This document shows, piece by piece, positions 58,477-64,000 of a stretch of 64,000 nucleotides of DNA (position 1 is the stretch's first letter; each line of letters opens with the position of its first letter). Position numbers and translations under genes: made by a program. The DNA is taken from positions 78,430,001-78,494,000 of the forward strand of contig OX597815.1 of NCBI GenBank assembly GCA_951406725.2, written 5' to 3'. The notes beneath the pieces were generated by a model. That model was not told the DNA's origin. It made no database searches and was given only the letters and a program-made list of their open reading frames with translations. Origin of the DNA: Octopus vulgaris. Taxonomy: Eukaryota.

Positions 58477-58832
58477 GCACTCCGTCGGTTACGACGACGA
58501 TGGTTCCAGTTGATCCAATCAACGGAACAGCCTGCTCGTGCAGGTGACTGAGTACTCCACAGACACATATACCCTTAACGTAGTTCTCGGTGATATTCAG
58601 TGTGATACAGAGTGTGACAAGGCTGGCCCTTTGAAATACAGGTACAATAGAAGCAGGAAGAAAGTTGTGGTGAAAGAGTACAGCAGGGTTCGCCACCACC
58701 CCCTGCCGGAGCTTCGAGGAGCTTTTGGGTGTTTTCGCTCAATAAACACTCACAACGCTCTGTCTGGAATCGAAAGTGCAATCCTACGACCGCAAGTCCG
58801 CTGTCCTAACCACTGGGCCATTGCGCCTCCAC
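58477..58832 (-). mobile_element. SINE family C, tail type 3
   Basis: Matches 63021-63410; flanked by (cat)atgcttcat direct repeats. Confidence 0.88.
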
Positions 58833-59159
58833 GTATGCTTCATATGCTTCATAGAGTATGACAAGTTTCTCCATGAACATATGCTTAATTTATGTCTAGG
58901 CAAGAGCATTGCTCTCTAATATTTTAAATGTTAAGTGACGATAATTTCTAGATTTATTTTTTCAATTTTATTAAATACTAATTACTGCATTAATTAATTA
59001 ATTTAAATCACCCTTATAGTAACACTATAATTATGATGAGTAGAAAATTTATTTAAATTGTCGTTGCAAGAATATTATTTTACAATTAAAATTGACATAA
59101 GTAAATAATGTCAAAGGGCGTTTGATATTTCACGACCAAACGAAATAACTCTGGTGAAA

Positions 59160-59380
59160 AATATTGGTTTCAAATTTTGGCACAGGGCCAGCAATTTCGA
59201 GGGAGGGGTAAGCCAATTACATCGACCCCCAATAATCAACTGGTATTTATTTTATCGACCTGGTATGGATAAAAGGCAAAGTCGACCTCGGCGGAATTTG
59301 AACTCAGAACACAAAGACGGACGGAATGTCGCTAAGCATTTTGTCTGGTATGTTAATGATTCTGCCAGCTCACCGCTCAG
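59160..59380 (-). mobile_element. SINE family B, full length
   Basis: ggttttcaaattttggcacagggcc..aggcaaagtcgacctcggcggaatttgaactcagaac..tctgccagctcaccgct. Confidence 0.85.
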
Positions 59381-59769
59381 GTGAAAATATTAAATCCAGA
59401 TTTATTTATCAAGAAAAAGGCACTGAGACTTTGTCGCTGTGTGTTATATATTTCAAAATCAGTGGAGTAGCCAGAGTCTGTACTGCCCAGTGCAGAACTT
59501 CAGTATGCCGACTCACCTCCTAAACAGGCTTATACAGCAGACCGAAAATAACAGCCCCCATTAAAAGCACCGACCAGGACGGACCACCCTCATCGTCTCG
59601 TCCCATTAATTTTACTACAGTGCAAAGTGCATGCTAACGGAACTATATGGCCTGCTAAAATAAAATTTCATTTAGAAAAAGATGAATGAAAAATATTTCA
59701 AGCGTCTGTTTTCAAGTTTCACACAATAGCCTTCTTGGCATCACTGGCGCTTTCTACAGATTAAAAGAA

Positions 59770-60030
59770 TATTCAAGCAACACTGTTGCATACAAGGCTG
59801 TTGAGGTGGTAAAGCCTCATACTATTCGTGAACAACCGATTTCTACCGTGTGCTCAAGACACCACGAGTTGGGTCAAGAAAGGATATCACTACAAAAGCG
59901 ACCGCTCTTTCCAACGACACAGTATCATGGCGGATAAGTGAGATGTTAAAGGACATCTGCGATCTGATGATTTCAAAAGTTCGCTCTTTTTTTACACAAC
60001 TAGAGGAGGCGGTTGACACTGTTGCTTTGT
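59770..60030 (+). mobile_element. hAT (Charlie/Buster-type) transposase relic
   Basis: AYKAVEVVKPHTIREQ and LSNDTVSWRISEMLKDICDLMISKVRSFFTQLEE resemble the KPHTIGE / LSNDTV.RRI..M motifs. A possible small MITE lies at 59460-59623. Confidence 0.7.
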
Positions 60031-60086
60031 GAGTGAATTCGACAGACGGAAACTTTGTGGAAGCCCGTCCCGTATATGTATGTGTT

Positions 60087-60155
<69 letters not shown>

Positions 60156-60198
60156 TACAGCGACCTGTTCACTGCCAAAATTCCGTGCTGCACGAAAT

Positions 60199-60249
60199 TT
60201 TGTCAGTGAACAGGTCGCGGTCTCAAAGCGACGAAAATATTTTGACAAA
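60199..60249 (+). ncRNA. Minimal type I hammerhead-like motif with G3-C8 covariant core
   Basis: UUUGUCA-GUGAACA-g-GUCGC(GGUCUCAAA)GCGAC-GAA-AAUAUU-U-UGACAAA: 7-bp stem I, 5-bp stem II, palindromic mini stem III. Lies in a (TA)n-flanked element at 60155-60330. Confidence 0.6.
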
Positions 60250-60326
60250 TTAAATTTAAATGTTGAAGTGAATCTAACGGCTTTTGTGTATTTCTTAAAT
60301 GGCTTATAAACACTTTCCACGCTGCA

Positions 60327-60375
<49 letters not shown>

Positions 60376-60799
60376 TTATATATACATGCATGCATGTATG
60401 TATGTATCCCCTCTCCATTGCTTGACAACCGGTGCTAATCAGTCGGGTGACATTTCGTTGTATGCAGGCTAATATATAAGAGCATTACTCAATTTTGAGC
60501 TTCACTTGAACTCTGTTGAGGGTGAGAAGTTGTTGGGGAACTGAGGTGTGTTCTGGCTCCGAAAAGAAATACCAGTCTTAATATGGAAATATTCGCTATA
60601 TCAAAGATGTGTCTTCTTTAGGGGATTCAGTCTTGAGGATTATACTTGCGTGGTGTTTTTGTTCAATACTGGTGGGGTAGATAATGTTTTCTTAATACGT
60701 TTAATGTTTGTCTTGTAAAGAGGTTGTCGTTTTTTTTTAACAGCTGCGGTAGAATGGAGTGTGTTTCACAAAACTGACATGCAGAGGTGTAATTATATT

Positions 60800-61060
60800 T
60801 TACTGTGTTGTTCTACAATGTTAACCATGATATTATTTACATAGCTAGAGTACAACAATAACTGTGTTATTTACACAGCTATTGTACAATGATAGTTATT
60901 TGTTTTACCCAGCTAATGTCCAATGGTAGCGATATATCTACAGTTATGGTACAATAATAGCGATTTGATATATGCAGCTAATGTACAATAACTGCTGTTT
61001 ACGCAACTATTGTATAACGATAGCAATGTGATTTACACAGCTAATATACAAGTTGACCTT
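60800..61060. repeat. Degenerate minisatellite (~35-40 bp)
   Basis: Recurrent ttacacagcta(a/t)tgtacaat(a/g)a motif. Confidence 0.65.
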
Positions 61061-61424
61061 ATGATCTATTCAGTTAACAACTCAGATGTGACCTTTCGAA
61101 ATTATTACAGCTTTGCACTCTAGTGATGATTTTTATTTTTCTAAAACTAACGATTTATGATTGAAAAAAATGCTTTTAAGTTAGTGTTGTGGATATTTAC
61201 AAATGTTAACTGACCAAGAAAGACGAAAGTATAGAGATAACTTGACGATTGTAACTTCTAGATTTATGATAAGTGTTTTGATAGCTAAGGAGTGAACATG
61301 AACTGTAAGACTTTGGTGTTTAAAAAACACAGATCAATGTGATGGGGAGAGCATTTATGAAGATATTTCTTTGTTGCCTTTGAGAAAATATTGAATAAAT
61401 GAGGTGTGTTACTGTTTTTGCGAC

Positions 61425-61770
61425 CACCACTAAGACTGCCATCAATATCACCAGTACTATCACTATTACAACTACCACAACCTTCACTGCCACCACCATC
61501 ATCATTATCATCATCGTCGTCATCGTCATCATCATCGTTCCCATCGGATCTAATGCTGTCAATGCTACAACTACCACTAATACTATCGATACTTCTACCA
61601 CCACTATCATTACTATTAATATCGCCAACATTAATACCACTAGCACCGCCACTACCATTACTGCCACCCCACAGTAACACCATCATCACAATCATCATCA
61701 CAATCATCATCATCATTACCACCACCACCATCATCATCATCATCGCCACTACCATCATAACACCAAGGTA
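61425..61770. repeat. Degenerate (CAC/CAT/ACT)n trinucleotide low-complexity tract
   Basis: Directly visible; produces spurious ORFs in several frames. Confidence 0.9.
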
Positions 61771-62004
61771 ACACCACACCCGAAAGTTTTCTTACCCGTT
61801 ATTTATCAAAGCTAACAAAAGTAGGGTGCTATTTTGAGGGTGAAATCCAATCTGATCTTCTACAATTACCATAGATTCCAGATAATCAGAGATCATATTA
61901 CGTTTCGATATTGGTGTATTCTTGAAACAGATGGAATTCAAGAATTGGTTTCACTGCTTTATTTCAGCATAATACTTTCCTGAGTTCAAAACTGACTGCT
62001 GCTT

Positions 62005-62037
62005 ACTTTCTCTCTCCTTCCCTCTTTCTCTTTCTCA

Positions 62038-62072
<35 letters not shown>

Positions 62073-62111
62073 TTTCTCTCTCTCACCCCCTCTCTCTCTT
62101 TTTCTCCCCCC

Positions 62112-62149
<38 letters not shown>

Positions 62150-62275
62150 TTGCCTCTCAGTCTCTCTGCTTCTCTTTTCTCTCTCTCCCCTACTCTCTCC
62201 CTTTCTGTCCCTCTCCCCAGCCTCTCTCTCCCTCTCACTCGCTCATTTCTGTTCCTCTTTCTTTCTTTCTTTCTT

Positions 62276-62311
<36 letters not shown>

Positions 62312-62330
62312 TCTCTCTCTCCCTCTTCTT
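62005..62330. repeat. Polypyrimidine (CT)n tract with an embedded (TA)n run
   Basis: Directly visible. Confidence 0.9.
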
Positions 62331-63020
62331 ATGGCTTAGTCAGACGGTGAAAACAGCGTCCATGACCATTTTCCGTGCTTCTGAGATGACGAGAGGAAGA
62401 TAAGGAGTTACCCGATGACCAAAGAACCTGGTCCAAATGTTATAAAACTGTGTACTCCACTGAAGTCGCTTAAAAGCCGAGTAGTGTGCTTTTGACGCCA
62501 GGTGACGGACCAAGTCTACTACTCGAGAAAAATACTGTTCCTCCGACATGCTTCTGTGCAGTTTCTCTCAACCAAATTTTCTCCCAGAAGGATTTGGCCA
62601 TGCATTGAGAACGCATACATCAATCAGTGTATATTCTTGTGGACTAAAGTGGTGGTTCTCCCGTCAGTGGTTTTTCCATCAGTACATTGGTTCGTACGGT
62701 AAGGCCAATGATTCGCTGAGGAGGTCTAATAAGTCTGGTGTATGCCCGGGGTTGACTTTCGTCTTTCCCGAAAAAATCAAAGTAATCACCAGTTTCGAAT
62801 GTTTTACCCTCACTGCATAAATTTTTCCCTTTTTTTTTTTTTCATCTAACTTTTGATGCTCCCTTTTTTAAAAATGTCGACGCTCACTTAACTTTTGTTT
62901 GTTCATACAGATGAACAAACAATGAGTAATTTATTCTGAATTTTACTAAATATATATATAATTTTTTCTATCTGTATATTTAGATGTACGACTTTTACTG
63001 GTGAATTTAGAGTATTACGT

Positions 63021-63410
63021 GGGAGTGGAAGCACTCCGTCGGTTACGACGACGAGGGTTCCGGTTGATCCGAATCAACAGAACAGCCTGCTCGTGAAATT
63101 AACGTGTAAGTGCCTGAGCACTCCACAGACACGTGTACCCTTAACGTAGTTCTCGGGGATATTCAGCGTGACACAGAGAGTGACAAGGCCGGCCCTTTGA
63201 AATACAGGTACAACAGAAACAGGAAGTAAGAGTGAGAGAAAGTTGTGGTGAAAGAGTACAGCAGGGATCACCACCATCCCCTGCCGGAGCCTCGTGGAGC
63301 TTTAGGTGTTTTCGCTCAATAAACACTCACGACGCCCGGTCTGGGAATCGAAACCGCGATCCTATGACCGCGAGTCCGCTGCCCTAACCACTGGACCATT
63401 GCGCCTCCAC
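63021..63410 (-). mobile_element. SINE family C, tail type 3, full length, 13-bp TSD
   Basis: TAGAGTATTACGT at 63008-63020 and 63411-63423. Intact CpGs, tRNA-like head (tggtccagtggttagggcagcggactcgcgg..ggtttcgattccc). Confidence 0.92.
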
Positions 63411-64000
63411 TAGAGTATTACGTAGAGTATCGACGTCCTGCTTACTTCCTAGTGTGGTTACTACTGATCTGTATAAATACTATTTGATCTGTATAAATGG
63501 AATGTAATAAGGTGTTATCCTGAAGACCTGTTGAACTGTTGCAGATCAACATCCAACTGCTCTTTGAACACTCACTACATAGAATACATATAACCACAAT
63601 GATGGAATGTATTTCGGAAATAAATGGTATAAGCTGCATCTTATTATTATTATCCATTTTCCTAAGTAAATATATACGGATGTATTTTACTTAGTAAGTT
63701 TGAACTCAAAACGTAAAGACGCCACTAAGCTGGGAAGTTTTCCCCTTGCTTTGTAATGTACATACAAATATTTTTCAGTGTTAGAACGTTTTTCGTCAAT
63801 CTTTCCAAATCTACATAAGGGACTCCACTTGTTAGGGTTTCTGTATTCACAGGTTTGGGCAAGGTTTTTTGTGTGTGTGTGTGGAAGGCTGGTAGTTAAC
63901 TATGTATGCAAACTTTCCCACCACTAAAATTGTCCAAGGAAAAGACCAACTTGGTACCCGATACATCCTGGCTCCAGTGTAATTGCAGACGTTAACTCAG

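Noticed and set aside
60430-60740. Possible Penelope RT/GIY-YIG relic beside the G3-C8 motif
   Set aside because: The translation is too degraded to support a call by eye; needs BLASTX.
61285-61779. 164-aa Gly/Asp/Ser-rich ORF
   Set aside because: Degenerate trinucleotide repeat that is open in several frames; no splice or codon evidence.
63330-63410. tRNA genes at SINE heads (also ~21200-21279, 38476-38550, 58760-58832)
   Set aside because: A/B boxes are present, but they continue into SINE cores and tails, mostly with TSDs, and lack a proper acceptor stem.

Overview
AT-rich, microsatellite- and transposon-dense eukaryotic DNA. The repeat families and the actin type point to a coleoid cephalopod (octopus-like); this is an inference from remembered repeat sequences, not a database result. 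The only intact protein-coding gene found is a two-exon actin on the minus strand (45469-45344 + 42451-41447, 376 aa). It has a CArG/TATA/Inr promoter, a CpG-rich higher-order satellite and a second CArG cluster in its intron. The rest is mostly tRNA-derived SINEs (at least three families), decayed LINEs (R4/Dong-like RLE, RTE, L1/Tx1), mariner and hAT relics, Helitron-like elements and MITEs. Most notable: (1) short (TA)n-bounded Penelope-like elements carrying hammerhead-ribozyme-like motifs, one with a swapped G3-C8 core, repeatedly sitting in fold-back palindromes; (2) a ~360-bp stretch of actin exon 2 with abruptly high GC3 that looks like vertebrate (teleost) beta-actin, so possibly a polishing chimera or gene conversion; (3) one SINE head with three different tails, each copy with its own TSD; (4) a CpG-depleted domain with exon-like relics of a possible PARG-like pseudogene. 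Repeat boundaries were read by eye and are approximate.
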